This document shows, piece after piece, positions 49,601 to 63,400 of a DNA stretch of 64,000 nucleotides. Under the pieces are notes generated by a model. It was not told where the DNA came from and searched no databases. It saw only the letters and a list, made by a program, of their open reading frames with translations. The DNA is from Raillietiella orientalis (Eukaryota), in NCBI GenBank assembly GCA_036172245.1, contig JAYWIR010000029.1:2108001-2172000 (forward strand), given 5' to 3'. Position numbers and translations under genes: made by a program. The number at the start of each line of letters is the position of its first letter. The first letter of the stretch is position 1.

Positions 49601-51393
49601 CCCTTCGCCAGAGGGGAGGATGAGGGTCCTCGCCTTTCTGGGGATCTTCTGGAGGATGCTATTGATGACGAGCTGCCGGAAACTGGAGAGCGGGAAGAGG
49701 AAAGGGAAGTCCCTGGAGTTCATCACGGGGTTGAGTCCGCCACCGGTGCCTCCCCGGCAGATCATCACCTTCCCGTACCCCGTTCTACCCCTGCCGGTGC
49801 CACTGCAAGGTGAGGTGATGAGCGCATCCGCCCCTTTGCTCCTTCCCCTGTCTTCTCCTTCCTTCTCCAAGGGGCTAAAGAGGAAGGAAGGGTTGGTCCT
49901 GGAAACGGAGGAAAACTACTGCCCATGATCTCACGGGAGCGAGTGGGGAGAGAGGAGGGAAGGAGATTTTCTCTCCCCTCGGAGGCTCTCCCGGAGGCGG
50001 TTGACTGACGATCGGGGCGGCCCCCTGCCTTGCCGGCACGCGCCGCCGCGGGCTGACGGGCGATGCGCAACGGCGCGTTGGCCACCGAAAGGAAAAGTCC
50101 ACTCGGATCGCCAGGGCCTATCCCTCGTTCGGACCGGCACAGCAGCCCAGCCTGTGTGGCCCGGAACGCTGTCGACGCGGAGGCTCGGAAGCGTTTCCCC
50201 TGGCAACGTCCCTCGTTTCCGCGACTCGAGTCGATTTGCCGGCGTGGTGCGAGCTTCCTGCCCTCTCGAGATGGGAACCCTACCTTCCTCTCCCACTCCC
50301 AAACCGTCTGGGAAGGAAGGGAGGATAAAGCTCGTTCCTCAGTCTTCCGGGAGAGTAGGGGATCCGGAAGGGGTGGTGGCGAAAGAGCAAGGGAGACGAG
50401 GGAAGGGCGCGACGGCCGATGCCCCCCTGCAATTCGAAGCATCATCGTCGTCATCTCTGGAGCGGGAAGGGGCGCTCCCGCATTCGTTCGCCCGCCAGTC
50501 TCCTACTGCCGTTTCCGGAGTTCCTCTCCTTCCTCGCCCCCCTCCTGTCCACCTCCTGTACAGTCAGGGAGGCACTTCGTGCTGGCTGGCGCCCGGGAGT
50601 CTCCCTGCAGAAGAGAACCAGCTTCCCCCTGGGAGAGGCGACTTTTGCCAGAGACACCGCAGTCGGTCCCCCACTTAGGGGCCCGAAAAAGGAAGGGAGA
50701 GAAGAACTGTTCCACCCCTACCCCTGAATCCTGTGTGGGAAGACCCATTAAAGGCACCGTAAGAGGCAGAGCACGCGCGCTCGCGAGGTGACCCGGATTT
50801 CGCGCCCGCAATCCGAGAGCCAACGGAAGAGGAGAGGGATGCAGGGCGCGCTTTCGGAAAGGGGAGACCCGTCAGCCCGAGACGAATGGGCTGTTCGAGG
50901 GAGGAGGTGGCCGGGCTCTCTTCCCTCACCCACGGAGAGCTTCCAGCGAGCGGGGAAAGGGTCGTCCGTGGACTTTCACTTACCTTCTCGGCGGGGTTTC
51001 GTGTCTCCCGGAGGCGACCAGCACGTCAGACATCGAGGATCAGCCGGAGGTCCTCTGCCCCTTCATCCCCGGAGCATCTTTTTCCAGCCTTTAGGTGTGC
51101 CTGCGCGGACGAAGGAGCAGAAGCGCTGTCGAAGACCAAGCCTCGTCAGACGGCCCTCCATCTCCACCCTCGGCGTCCTTACGAGACGAGGGACCCCCTA
51201 CTTTCCGGAGAAGGGCGGAGTCCCCATCCCAGAACGGTTCTCCCCTATCTACTCCACCTTCTTTGTACCCCTCTGTTCAACACCTTTTGGCGAGGGGTGG
51301 AGGTGGGGGGGCTCTGCAAACCCACGAAGGATGATCCGCCTTGTTCCCGCGGCCCCGCCTTCCCGGAACGCCTCCTCAAGGAATCTCTTGCAG

Positions 51394-51678
51394 TGTACCT
51401 GCCTCAGACAGCAGAGGCCACGCGCTGGGAGGAGCGGCAGTCCTTAAACTTCCTCGTCGGTGACCAGTCCAAATGCTCCTCGGGCACTTGCCAGTTCTTC
51501 CTCATCTGCTGGGTCCTGGGCGGCTCGCTACAAGGCACGTGCGGAGGATTCCTGTTCTCCTGCTGCCAGAGGAGGGGCAGTGTGAGAGGGAGCAGGGGTT
51601 CCAAGCACCTGAATGGCCCGGAGGACAGCAGCGGGAACAAGCCGCCGGAGGACTACGGTCCGGTCATCAACGATCCAG
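51394..51678 (+). CDS. Trypsin-like serine protease (Stubble/CG8170-like), exon with N-terminal Cys knot (clip-like); upstream exon(s) not located
   Basis: CSSGTCQFFLICWVLGGSLQGTCGGFLFSCC...DYGPVINDP. Acceptor ttgcag, donor gt at 51679, phase 1/1. Confidence 0.82.
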
Positions 51679-51898
51679 GTCAGGCCCTTTATCCTCCCTC
51701 TCCGCCTCCGCCGTCAGAGTCCGCTGTTCTCCGCGCCTGGAGTCAAGGGGGGGAGATGATGAGAAGGAGGAAAAGGCTGAAGGGGTGCTTCTAAGGGAAG
51801 CTCTTGCCTCGCCTCTCCCCCCTTCCCATCCACTGGGCCCCAGAGAACGAGGACGCGAGCATAGCCAGAGCGTGGTAGTGAACGTCCGTGTGTTTCAG

Positions 51899-51981
51899 CG
51901 TGCGGCGTGTCAGCGTCCATCAGGCTTACCAGGCGCATCGTTGGCGGGCAGGACGCCGGGTTCGGAGAGATGCCTTGGCAG
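51899..51981 (+). CDS. Serine protease exon: activation site
   Basis: CGVSASIRLTRR/IVGGQDAGFGEMPWQ. tttcag acceptor, gtaaat donor. Confidence 0.92.
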
Positions 51982-54900
51982 GTAAATGCACTTCTCTTTC
52001 GAGTGTCCGCCGCCAACCTTCTCCCCCCCCTCCCTCCTCGTGAAAGAGTCGCGCCATCCCTATCCCCTCCTTCCTCCCTCCGCGTGCCTCCGAGGGTCGC
52101 AAGGTATCTTGCGAATTCCGGGAGAAGGGGAAAAGTACAAAGAGAGTCTCCGGGACCTCAGAGACCCGAAAAGATGATGTCTGGTACGCGGATGCCAGGG
52201 AATAGGGGACAGTGGAGGAGAGGACGACAGGACGGGATGCCGGCCTTTCCTTCCGAGACAGTTCCTCGATCCCACTGTTTCACTCAAAGACAGTAGACGG
52301 GATCGCGTTCCTGGAAAGCGTGGATGAATCTTGTCTGTGAAGCCGGGATCTTCTGGGAGTTTCCGCTCCGTCGGGAAAGAGAGGAGTTCTGGAGCTGCTT
52401 CGCCAGCTTGGAAGGCTCCCCCTGGTACCCTCCAGAAGGTTCTCAGGGAACTCACCCATTCACCCTTTCACCAAGCAGCCTCGCTTTTCTATGTTCGCTC
52501 TCTCTGGCCGGTCGGACGGTACTCTTCCGGGATCCGCTGGAAGGATTCGCAATGCGACTCTCACCCTCCCCCTCCGTCTCGCCTTCGACACGGTCCCTTC
52601 CGAGTCACGCTCGTTCCTTCCGCCCGGATGTCCCCGGAAGCGCACGCGCCAGCTGCTGCGGGAAGGAGACGTCCGAAAAGGGGTCGACGGCTGTTTTCCC
52701 CGGAAAGCATCAACGAAAGTCTGGCGATGGGTCAGAGCGAGCAGCAGGAGGTTTCTTCGCCAGGCTGGACAGTGTTAAACTCCGTTGTCCTTCCTTTCCT
52801 CGAGGAAGGGGAAACTTTGGGGGTGGATCTTCAACGCAAGATGTCTGCCGCTAGGAAAGCTGCTGCCCCCGGCCGCTGATCCCCTGAAGAGCGCCTCAGA
52901 GAATTCTTCTGGGAGTGCGTTCCCGGTGCTCAAAGTGGAAGGGAGTCAAGAGAGAGGGCGCGGACGCCTCTGGCTCTGGTAGCTCAACTCACCGGATGAA
53001 AAAGCTCTGCCTCCTTGCCTCCTGACATGGCGAGCCCGCTCGGGCTCAGGATGCTGCGCGAGTCCCCTCTCATCTATGCGTGAACCTCTTCGCGCTCCCG
53101 TGACCCACTCCTGTTTCCCGGCTGACGCAGAGGCAAAGCAAAAAAGCAGTGCTGAGAGCGCACGAACGGAAGGAATCTTTGAGCCTGAGTGCCTCGGTGG
53201 GGGGGTCCAGATCCAGGCGTTTTCGAGTCGAGTTCCGGAAACGCTGATGTGACAGGGAAGCGGTTTTTCCTGGTGGCAAACGCCGGCCAGCTCAGACAGC
53301 GGAGAGGATTGAAGGGACATGGAGTGCCTTCTCCTCCCTGTGAGGTCGCCGTCTTTTGCTAGCAGCGTCAAAACCAGAGCAGCGGCGGCCCGTACAACGA
53401 GCGGCAGATTTCTCCCTGCTCGCGGGTAGAGGAGAAGGAGGAGGAGAGGAGAAAAAAGGAAAAAAAAAAAAAAAAAAAAAAGAATGTCCCTTTTGTTCGG
53501 TCTTTGTCTCCGAAAACGCGAGAAGTGAAAGATCGATCCGGTGGAATCGGCAGTCCTGGATACTGCGCGGCGGCTGGTCGTTTCGCGTTCCAGTTGCTTC
53601 CAGGCTGGAATGCGCAGGGCGAGGCCTCGAAACGAGGCTTCGCACCTTTGCACCCGAAAAGCTCGAGCGCTTCCCAAGGAGAACTTCAGCAGGTCGTTTC
53701 GCTCCTAGAGGAGGCACGACACAAAGAAAAGCACAACACAAAAAAAAAAGAGAGGCCAGTCGGACTCTGATCACCCTCCAATCTGAATTCCGAAGGAGAA
53801 TTCACCCAACGTTGTGGCTCCGATAGTTCGACACACATCGTGCCTTTTCGTGTGCACATGGAAATACGTTGGGAAAAGCGAAACGCTGTTTCGTGCTGCT
53901 CCGAAATTTTAAAACTTCCCATCCTGCTTCATGCCTTTCGGAGGAAGACGGATCCTCCCCTCTGATTGGTCGCAGGGTGACGAACGGAGGCGGAGGCGGG
54001 ATGAGGCAAAAGAGATCGCTTCCTTCCTACCTCAGGCATCGTTTCCTGTCCAAATGTGGGATAGAGTTTCCCGTTTCCGCAAGCGAGGCGCGGATTGGAT
54101 AATGTTCGGGACTTTCGCTTCCATGGCGACGTGCCAGCAGGTCTCCTCGATGACGCGTAGCAGCTCCGAGCACTCCTTGGCGTCCCTGCTTTTCCCTCCT
54201 CCCTTCCCTCCCCTTCCTTAAGAACTCTCGGAGTGTCGAAGGGGAAGAGCAGCCCTCAGAGCGACGACGTGGTATAAGGTGAACACTTGGAAGGGACCAC
54301 TGTAAGAGACCCGGTGCGTCGAGGTGTGCTGCAGGCAGGGAAACTGTGCTCCATGAGCGCCATCCAGGGAGGGGGTCGCAGGGAGAAAGTGCATGCTGCA
54401 CCGAAGCGCCAGCGCCGCTGCAGCAGTTGCCATGGTCACCGGGGACGCGCGTCTCGCACGCTCCCAAGGGTTCCACTTTCCTCTTGGGGGCCGCTTCCTA
54501 GCCGGAGGTGTTCTGCGGAGCCTCCAGCAGAAGGAATGAGGACATCAGCAGGCTCCTGTCAATCCTGGATTCTTCCTTTGAGAGGGAAGAGAAAGCGGCG
54601 CGGGTTTGCGTGCATAAAAGCTTCATCTGAGGGAGCAGTTCCAGTGTCTCTGGAGGGCAGAAGGTTGCGAGGTGCCGAGCTGACAGACAGGGAGGGATAT
54701 AGGCACGTGCCCTCTCATGGTTCCGAGTCTTGCTCACCCTCAACGCCTTTTTCCTGCTCCCTTTGCCAAGGAAACGGCAGCAGCTGGCACCTCTTGAAAT
54801 GTTCGCTCTTCCTTCTGTCACGAAGTGGACTCCGGGATTGCGCGCTTGCATGATAGTGGGAACCGAGGCTCACGTGAGGAAAAGGACGTAGACATCCTTA

Positions 54901-55324
54901 TCTCAAGGATGGCTTGTTGGTTTTCTAAAAAGCATTCAAGGAAGGGAAGCTGGAAGAGCTGGGTTGTATTTATTCATCTCGACGGGAAAAAAAAATGTGT
55001 CGAGGAACGGCCTTTTCTGAACAGGCTGGGAGGGAACTTTTACCCTGAGGGCTCTTGAGCACTTTGGACCGCTCTCGGGGCGCCAGCTGCGATGCCAACC
55101 GACTGGGTCTCAGATGGAAGGGAGGTGAGAACAAAAAACGCGAATAAAAAAAAACCCTGGTCTTCCTTTCTCTCCCTCTACTTCTCCACTGCTACCCAAG
55201 CTAATGCTAGATAGGGCGAGAAAGAGGGAACGTTTATTCCTCTGCTCGTTTCGATGAGCGGGGGTCTGGATGAGGGCGAAGCAGGAGCCGCCAGTCCTCG
55301 GTCTCACCAGCACTTTTCCTTCAG

Positions 55325-55410
55325 GCATACATCCGTGTGAAGAACAGCCGCTGTGGAGGGTCTCTGGTCAGCAGGTGGCACGTTGTCACGGCCGGTCATT
55401 GCGTCATCAA
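55325..55410 (+). CDS. Serine protease exon: catalytic His
   Basis: AYIRVKNSRCGGSLVSRWHVVTAGHCVI. cttcag acceptor, gtaaga donor. Confidence 0.92.
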
Positions 55411-55558
55411 GTAAGAGGCAAAAAGTCCCTAGTCTCTGTTCTTTTCCTCCTTGCCGTCTCCATCACAACTGCACCTTCGAACCGGAAGCAGTATTCCGTT
55501 TCTCTTCTGGTTTCTTTCCCGACGCAGGAGTCGCTGATTTCTCTGCTGGTGCTTCCAG

Positions 55559-55833
55559 GGCTTCGGCCAGCCAGGTCCGGGTCATCCTTGGGGACTACGT
55601 CCTGTCTTCTAGCATCGAACCCCTGCCCAATGAGAAATTCAGCGTCCGCTCTATACACGTCCACCCCAAGTTCAAGTACACCCCTCAGGCGGATCGTTAC
55701 GACATAGCCGTGCTGACCCTGGACCGGGAGGTGAAGCTCAAACCGAACATTAAGCCCATCTGCCTCCCGGAGAAGAATGAAGACTTCGAAGGAGATCTGG
55801 CTTGGGTGGCTGGATGGGGAGCCCTTCAGTACG
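55559..55833 (+). CDS. Serine protease exon: catalytic Asp
   Basis: VRVILGDY...HPKFKYTPQADRYDIAVL...IKPICLP...VAGWGAL. Phase 2/1 GT-AG boundaries. Confidence 0.93.
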
Positions 55834-55958
55834 GTTAGTACATCTTTTTCAGACCCTCTTTCCCCTTTACGCTCCCTTCAGCCGAGTTCGCGCGCTTCCT
55901 CCTCTTTCCTCCTGAGGGAAGGAAAAAAAAACGTAGTCTCCAATGCTGCTCGTTTCAG

Positions 55959-56275
55959 GCGACAAGCAGCGCCCCAAGACGCTGCAGATCGCGGAGGTCC
56001 CCGTCATTTCGAACAAGCAGTGCGAGTCGTGGCACCGCACGAAACTCATCCGGGTGAGGGTACACGAAGACATGATCTGCGCCGGCTACAAAGATGGAGG
56101 CCACGACGCTTGCCAGGGGGACAGCGGCGGCCCGCTCATTGTCGAGAAGGAAGAGAGGTGGCACCTCATCGGGATCGTGTCCGCTGGCTACTCCTGCGCA
56201 CAGTCTAGGCAACCCGGCATCTATCACCGGGTCGCCAGCTCTTCTGACTGGGTCTCTTCGGTGATCCGCAGCTGA
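55959..56275 (+). CDS. Serine protease last exon: catalytic Ser and stop codon
   Basis: RPKTLQ...MICAGYKDGGHDACQGDSGGPL...GIVSAGYSCAQSRQPGIYHRV. Asp in the S1 pocket indicates trypsin-like specificity. Confidence 0.95.
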
Positions 56276-57599
56276 TCGTATCCCGGGAGCCTTTCTTCCC
56301 CCTTCCACCCCATCCCCCCACGTGAGGTTCGGACGGGTTCCCGGGTCCCTTCCTTTCTCCCGGGAAGAGAGAACGAGGAAGAGGCTGGTGGATCCGGGTG
56401 TTCACAAGAGCAGCTCTCTTTGCGAGAGGCTGCCGACATCCTGAGGCCTGCTAGCCGCAACCCCGACCCGCGGGATGATTCGAGCGATGGGGATGATCCG
56501 AGTGTTCGCCAGGACTTCCTGCCTGCAAAGCGCATTCCCGAAAGAATTCCAGAAAAAGGGGAGAAAAAAAAAAGAAAAGAAAGAAAGGAAAAAGAAAAAA
56601 GAAACAAACGTTCAGCAACTTTCCGGTGACCTCATGACTGACCCTTCCTCCTCCCCTGCTTCCCTTCTCATGCCATTTCGAAATCGCCCCACAGAGCAGC
56701 GAGAAGACGGCCATCCAGAGTCCTGAGAGGGAATCCTTCCGGTCCTGCTGCGAGAGCGCGGAATTTCCCGTCTCGGGTCAATAAAACACTTCTCACTTGG
56801 ATCTTTGAATGAAGGTTCGGGAGGAGGGGGTCGAGGGAGACGCAGCCCTTTTTGCACGGGAATGGGTATAGAAGAACCGGCCCCTTCTCTCTGGGAGCAT
56901 CCCGGTTCTCGTCCCGCGGGAGGCGCAAACGGACGGAGGGCCGGTTCGCGAGTTTCAGTAAGAGGTAGATCACGGAGTAGTCGAGGACGAATGAGGATGG
57001 CTCACTTCGCCCGCGGGCGGCGATGCTCTGCCGGCTCCGCACTGATGCAGCTCACCTGCTAGTGGGATGTGGAACAGCGTCGTTCCCTCTGGGAAACACG
57101 AGTAGATCCTCTCCTCCTACGAAGATGGCCACCCGTCGAGTTGCAAGGGGAAAAATCCCTGAAGAAGCGTCATCTCTCTGACCTGAAAGATCGAGCACAT
57201 CCAAAGTTCTCCATGATCTGGCGGAAAGGGCCTCCCTGGAGTAGGAAGGCTGCGGATGATAAAGGAAAGAGGGGAGTGGGAAGGGAGGAAAACTGAGACG
57301 TTCTTGCTTCCGGGGAGTTTCTTTGCTATCTTAGACCTTACTATCTCCTCCCCCCCTCCATTCTTCTCGTGAGATTCCAACTCGTGAGCGGAGAAGCAGG
57401 ACAAGCTCTCTTCAGGGATTCCAGGACTGCCAGGGACCGGAAAGAGGAGGGAAACGAATTTGCTGCCAATTTGCTAGAGTTCACTTTCTTCAAGGCATCG
57501 CCCCGGATGGAGATGAAGAGGGGCGGAGGGAGAAGAAGCGCAGGCGGGAGGAGGCATAGTTCATGCGATGCTCTCTCAGAGACAGACAGCTACTGAGTG

Positions 57600-57755
57600 C
57601 TACGATGAGACTTGGATTCTGACTCCACGCGTAGCATCGAGTGTCGCGGGTTCAAATCCCAAGTGGGAAGGATGGATGCAGAGAACGGAGGGGGTGCGTC
57701 GTTAGTCCTAGTCCCCCCTGCAGGTTGGCCTCGGGTAGCTTCGGATGCGGCAGTA
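57600..57755 (+). mobile_element. 5' head of the tRNA-derived SINE-like family, truncated by LINE fragments
   Basis: B-box gggttcaaatccc (about 57648-57660) followed by aggatggatgcagagaacggaggggtgcgtcg, which aligns with the reverse complement of about 4293-4330. Confidence 0.45.
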
Positions 57756-57761
57756 TTGGTT

Positions 57762-58318
57762 GACACCCGGTCACGCCGGGGCGCTTGATTATAAAAAATA
57801 AACACACACGTCTGTGGCAGGACGTTTAATGCTGCCACGTCACTTATAACTACGAGAAGGAACCTTCTGGGAACTAGCACGCAGACCAAGGGTTCGCCTC
57901 GGTAGCCCAGGGAAAGATGAGACAAACAAAAAATAGAAAAAAAATATACAGTCAAAAAAATAGGGGGGCTCGGGAAGGGATCACCGTGTGCTAGAGAGTG
58001 TCCTCTGCATCCATGTAAGGATGCGGCAAGTTCCTGTTTCAAGACTGCCAGATGGGACCATCTCGACGCTATCCTCGTGAAGAGGACAGCAAAATAGATG
58101 GCGTCCCAGTAGTTCTGGCCTTCTCTGGCGTTGCTCCATGCAGCCAGGGCCCCGCCGCGTGAGCAGCAAAGTGCTACTAGGGATAAGTCTGCCAGAGTGA
58201 GGGCGTCGTGCTGGAAGAGGCGCTTCAAAACGCCTCTGGAGTTGCTTCGGGGGGTTGCAAGGATCGCGGCAAAGAGTCCCCAAAGGGACCGGAGGGCAAG
58301 CCAGTCCACTAGGAGGTG
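57762..58318 (-). mobile_element. LINE 3' fragment
   Basis: DWLALRSLWGLFAAIL...VALCCSRG...AAWSNA...AIYFAVLF...WSHL matches the ORF2 C-terminus. Terminal hairpin at 57766-57780. Confidence 0.85.
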
Positions 58319-58331
58319 CTGGCCTTCGTAC

Positions 58332-58770
58332 GCGATGTCCTCTCGCCTGCTACATCCCCAGCAGCTCTTTGCTGCTGCCTACGCGGGATCGTGGCGACCT
58401 GGAGCTACGCAAGAGGAGGACGGCGCGATAGGGACGCCATCTGCCTCGCCCTACGCTTCCTGCGGACGGCAGCAAGATGACCCCACCTGGGGCATGCTCG
58501 GATGGAACTTGCCGGTACTCTGGAAAGGATACAGAGGACGCCCTCCAGCGGCCAGCGATCTCTTCCCGTGCCCCCCAGGGTTTTATTTTATTATTGATTT
58601 TTGCTTACTTTTATTTGCCCCTCCCCTCTCCGCTGCCCAGGCGAAGCTCGCTGGCCTGCGTGCCGGTCACTCGGCAAGTTCCGAGCATTTCCGGACAATG
58701 TAGGGCCCATAGCCCCACACATCTATGTTTATTTTTTATAATAAACGTCCCGGCGTGATGGGATGATAAA
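58332..58770 (+). mobile_element. LINE 3' fragment
   Basis: Closely colinear with 30654-31097, including the T-rich 3' UTR and the ataaacgtcccggcgtga end. Confidence 0.85.
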
Positions 58771-59040
58771 TCTATAACTTGAAGGTCGAGTTGTGCCGCA
58801 GCCGGACTCGGACGTGTTTTGTTAGCGCTCCCGACTCCCGGCTTTACTTGGTGTTTCCATGTTGTTCCGGTATGGAGGAATGCCAGAAGTGCCTGAATCC
58901 ACCACACTAAAAAGTGTCAGGGGGACATCGGACGATCGTCCCCCGTACCCACGAAAGGTGGGACATCCGACCCCGAAGCTTCATCCCCCGCGCTGGCGAG
59001 GGAATGCAGCGCCGTGGTCGCCGCGCCCTCTGCAGCGGCC

Positions 59041-60429
59041 ATGGTGAAGACCTACAAGGCCTACGGACATAACCCCAGTCTACTTTACAAGGTAAGCAGG
59101 GTATTCGATGATCGGACTGCACATCTTTTCGTGGAGGAGCTATGCAGATTGAATGTGAGGAGGGAAGACCTGACGGGACTCACGATCAGAAGCGGGAGTC
59201 AGCGTGTAGAGCTGATCTGCAAGGAAGCGGGTCTAGCACAGAAATTGCTGCGAACCCCCGTGAAGATCGGAGGCCACCAGTTCTTTCCTGTTTTAGTGGA
59301 CGACTCTTTCGTGGTCCACCTAAGGAGCATTACCGTACGGATGCCACCGAGTGCCCTACGGAAAGAACTCAAAAAATTCGGCACGATCCACGCGCTGTGG
59401 GCAAATTCCAACAGGTTCTGCATGTTTGACGGGTTCCTTATTGGGCTCGCCACGGTGCAAATCACGATGGCCAAGGACTTAGCGCTTCCCCATAAACTGG
59501 TGGTCGGTGGAGACCCCATCGACCTCTGGTACTTGGGGAAACCCAATTACTGTGCAATTGCGAGACCATGGGGCACTTCAAAAAAAGATGTTTCATCGCG
59601 CCAGTGCGATACGAAGGGGCACACCTAAAGGGTTCCGCGCGGTCCGGCTGCTACGAGCAGCAAAACAAGTGTGGACGCGAGAAAACCTGGAAAAGCCAGG
59701 TCAAAGAACGATAAAACGGCTTGAAGCTAGCCGAAAAGGCCATTCGACCACTTTTCCTGTGGAAACTCAGGCTGCCGAAGTAAAAGGAGTGGGACCTGGC
59801 TGGCAAATGGTCAGCTACAAAAAGAAAAATAAGAAAAAAAATAAATCGGAAGAAACTGCGAAAATCGCGAGTGCAGAACATATAAAATGCACGCTTTGCA
59901 GTGCATTCCCATCGCCGAGAAGCCCTGCAAAATGTATGCTGCCGTAAGCAACAACGCCGACACCTCTGCGACAGTGAAAACAGTCAGCGAGGGTTGCGGA
60001 GGGGAGGAGAGCCACGAGGACGAGGCCTTCGCCAAAGAGGCGGAGAAGCTGGTCGCCATGCTACGGCAGCCTGCCGAGGCTGTCAAGAAGGCTGACAGAC
60101 GTCCGGTCCCCAAGAAGGGGTCCAAGATATCGAGCTCCGACCCGGAGACCGGAAGCTCACCATCCGTGTCTGCACCCCCGCGGAAGTCAGGACGGAAGTT
60201 CAGGAATCCCAGGAGGATCGACTCTTCCGAGGAAGGGAAATGATCCAGAAACGAGGGTGCGGCGAGCGTGGGAGCGCAGGACTCGTCTCCTGATACTCTC
60301 CCGCGCTCGGATGCAGTAGAGCCGATGAAGGCGGAAGGGGTCGCCGAGGTGCCCCCAGCCACAAGGTCCCCAAGCAGCACCCTTCCTGAACCGGAGGCGG
60401 GAGCCGCAGCATCACTTTCCCAGCAGTAA
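59041..60429 (+). pseudogene. LINE ORF1 (gag-like nucleic-acid-binding protein), frameshifted
   Basis: VVHLRSITVRMP..ALRKELKKFGTI...LPHKLVVGG..IDLWYLGKPNY, followed (1-nt frameshift) by CAICETMGHFKKRC = CX2CX4HX4C at 59551-59591, then a low-complexity tail. Confidence 0.8.
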
Positions 60430-60462
60430 CGCCGGGACTCGCCACTTGCCGTCGACTCCACG

Positions 60463-63400
60463 TTGCTAGCTGGAACGTCAACAGGCTACGCGACGACGGT
60501 AGGAGACGAGACAGCTGCCGCCCTGCAACCCTTCGACCTCGTGCTTCTGCAGGAAATCCACCAGATCTTGGCAGAACACGCGCGAAAGATCGAAAGGATA
60601 GCGGGCGGTCAGCTCCTGTGGCGTTGCGGCTACCGCCGGTCGTGCGAGGTCGCTTTCCTGCCCTGTACCGAGTGGTGCGGAGCGTACGTTTCGTCGAGGA
60701 AGGTCAAGTCGGTCAAATCACCTTCAGGTGAACCGACTCGATCGACCTCGTTGTATGCACCGAGCGGTGGTTACGCGCACACGGCACGGAGAGCATTCTT
60801 TCGTGACCTGAAGCATGACTGGCTGGCGGGGGCAGGCGCGCCCACGGCGCATCTGATAGCGGGTGATTTTAATATTTGCCTGCTGTCAGGTGCGGCGAAG
60901 AAAGAGACCACTCCTGCTAATGAGATGTGCGCTGCCGTGCACGCGTCCAAATTGTTAGCAGGGAATCTCGGGATGGAGGGAAGCGTCGACCATGTCCTCC
61001 TGCGCTCGCGCGTGGGGAGGAGAGGAAAGGTGCGGTTCACGCTCTCCGACCACTCCTGGGTGGAACTCGTAATTCGTCAGCACAACAGCCCCCCCCCCCC
61101 CCCCCTGCAGGCGTGGCATCTTCCGGGGGACTGGCTCAACATGCTAGGTGTATCGGAACACCGTATGTTCCTGCAAGGTTGCAGCGTGCAGACGCTCGAC
61201 GACTGGGACGATTTAAAGGTCTCGGTCCGAGACTTCTAAGAGCATTTCCCCCTGGACCATCTCCCAAGAGGATTCGGCGAGGGTGTTTGGGACGAAAGAG
61301 CATACTTACAGGCTTGTCGCTACACCTGAACACCGGACATCCGCCGACTAGCAGAATACAAAGGCGGGACCGTGAGGCAAGCCTGGCAATCGGGTCGGCC
61401 AGTCTGCCAAACGACGACGACCAGGAGCACTCGGCCTCGGCCTGGATTTGCAGGGTCATTGATTATAAAAAATTATAATAAAGTCGTGATGTTTACAAAT
61501 GTGGTAGAACACTTGGTCCTACCACGCGCGAAAGACTTGCCAACAACCTGTACGCAGACCGGTGAGGTCCACTCCAGCGGCGAAGGGGAAGGGAAAACCA
61601 AACAAAAACAGCAGACAAAAAAGGGGGGGTGGGAAGGGGAACAGAGAGGCGGGCAAGGGATCGCTATTCTCCGTGAGACGTCGTCTGCAACCTGCTCAGG
61701 ATGCTGACAAGTTTCGGTTGCACTTGGGGCCATCAAGAAGCAGTCTTCAAGAAGATTCCCATCCATTGCATGGCGTCCCTGCTACTGTGGTCCCTTCTTC
61801 TGGCGTTCCAGCTTGCCACGGTTCCGCTTACATGACAGAGAATTGCTAGAGATGCGGCTGGCGGCAGGGCGTCACGCATGGAGAGGCGCCAGAAAATGTT
61901 CGTAAGGTCGCCAACCGGGATTTTAAGGATCGACAAGCGTCGATCCTAAAGGGGTCGGAGGCCGACACAATCTATTATCAGATGAGGAAAGGTTTCCCTT
62001 TCGCCGGACTCTGAACAATGGGCATCCATGATCCCAAGTGTCCAATGATGGAGGCGTGCTTTGGACGGGATTCCCCAATGCAATACTAGCAACGCCACCT
62101 CTTGCCACTTCAGGGAACGGGTGCCATTGTCCCAACACGCCAGGGGCAACTTCACCTCCTCCAGAGGTATCATGAGCAGCTCGCCCCAGCACGCAAGTCC
62201 TTTAGGAGGGACAATCGGGGTAGCAGCGTCCGCTAGCCGCCGAGTTGTCCACATGCTAAAAAGTTTTTCCCTTCCTTTAATAGGCAGGATACTTCCCATC
62301 TTGGTGGGAAGTCTCTGTCTCCAGAGGATTTCTGGAGAAGCAACGGGTTTGGAGGTACGTCCTCTCGTTCCGAAGTCCTCCTCTGAAACCCGGTAGCAGC
62401 GTACGCCGACGATCTTCTGCTCTTGCTCCCCATGTCTGCTCCGGCAGCGGCAGTCGAGGATTTCTTCGATCTGCTAAGCCGCGGGACGGGACTGCGGGTG
62501 AACAAGGCAAAGTCGTCGGTGGAGGCGGTTGGTGCGACGTGGGTCGGACGGCCTGACTGGATCCGCTTGGGGATCCCCCCGGCCAGGTACCTGAAGTACC
62601 TGGGCGTCCCGTTGAGGGACTTCTGTCCAACAGAAGTCTGGTCAGGTCGTCTTCAGGAAGTGGAGTTGGCGATCGGCCCGTTCCTGGAAGGCAAGTTTCA
62701 CTTGCCGGAACGGGTCACAGTTTGGGACGCGTTTGCGGCCCCCATCCTCCGTTCCCTACTTTTTGTTTGCCCGTCCCCGTCGAAATTAAGAAGAGGACAA
62801 AGGACCTCCTCCGCATCGCCCTTTGGGGCAAGGGGAGGTCCCGAGTCCCTTTGATGGACTTGTGAGCTCCGCGTCGGGACGGCGGTCTCAGCCTCCTGAC
62901 GCTGCAGCGCTTGGAAACACAGCTGCGATGGCCATCGCAGCGAAGTTGTGGAGCACCCCTTGGTGCGTTCCGGCCCGAATCCTCGCCAGCCGTGTATCCA
63001 GGACGCAAGGACTCGCATCTTATCTTCTGTGCCGTGGCCGGAAGATCAAAAGATGCGGTCTTCTACTTGGATGCATGGCCACACTGGCTAAGGAGAACGG
63101 CTGGATGGTTTGCAGCCCCGCCAACTCCTCCGCCTGGATGGAGGAGACCGCTGGCACGTGGGAGAAGCTTAATGAGGGAAGCCACGAGACGTGGAACTGC
63201 CTACAGACCGGCATATACGCCCACCGCACTCTTCGGGAAATACTGGAATTTCCCGCGAGCTGCACGTGGGCGGAGAGGACCCCCTTGCTACGGCGATGCC
63301 CTTCCTGAGGAGGGCGCTTCACGGCAGCCGGACGCCGAGGTGGATGCGGAGAAGAGTAAATCCTGAGTGTACCAGGTGCGGGGAGAGGGAGTTCCTCCCC

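Noticed and set aside
49740..49800. GVERGTG as a Merlin/ISXO2 transposase motif
   Set aside because: The downstream catalytic motifs are absent.
57620..57670. Functional tRNA gene
   Set aside because: Only a B-box/T-arm is recognisable and there is no cloverleaf; treated as a SINE head.
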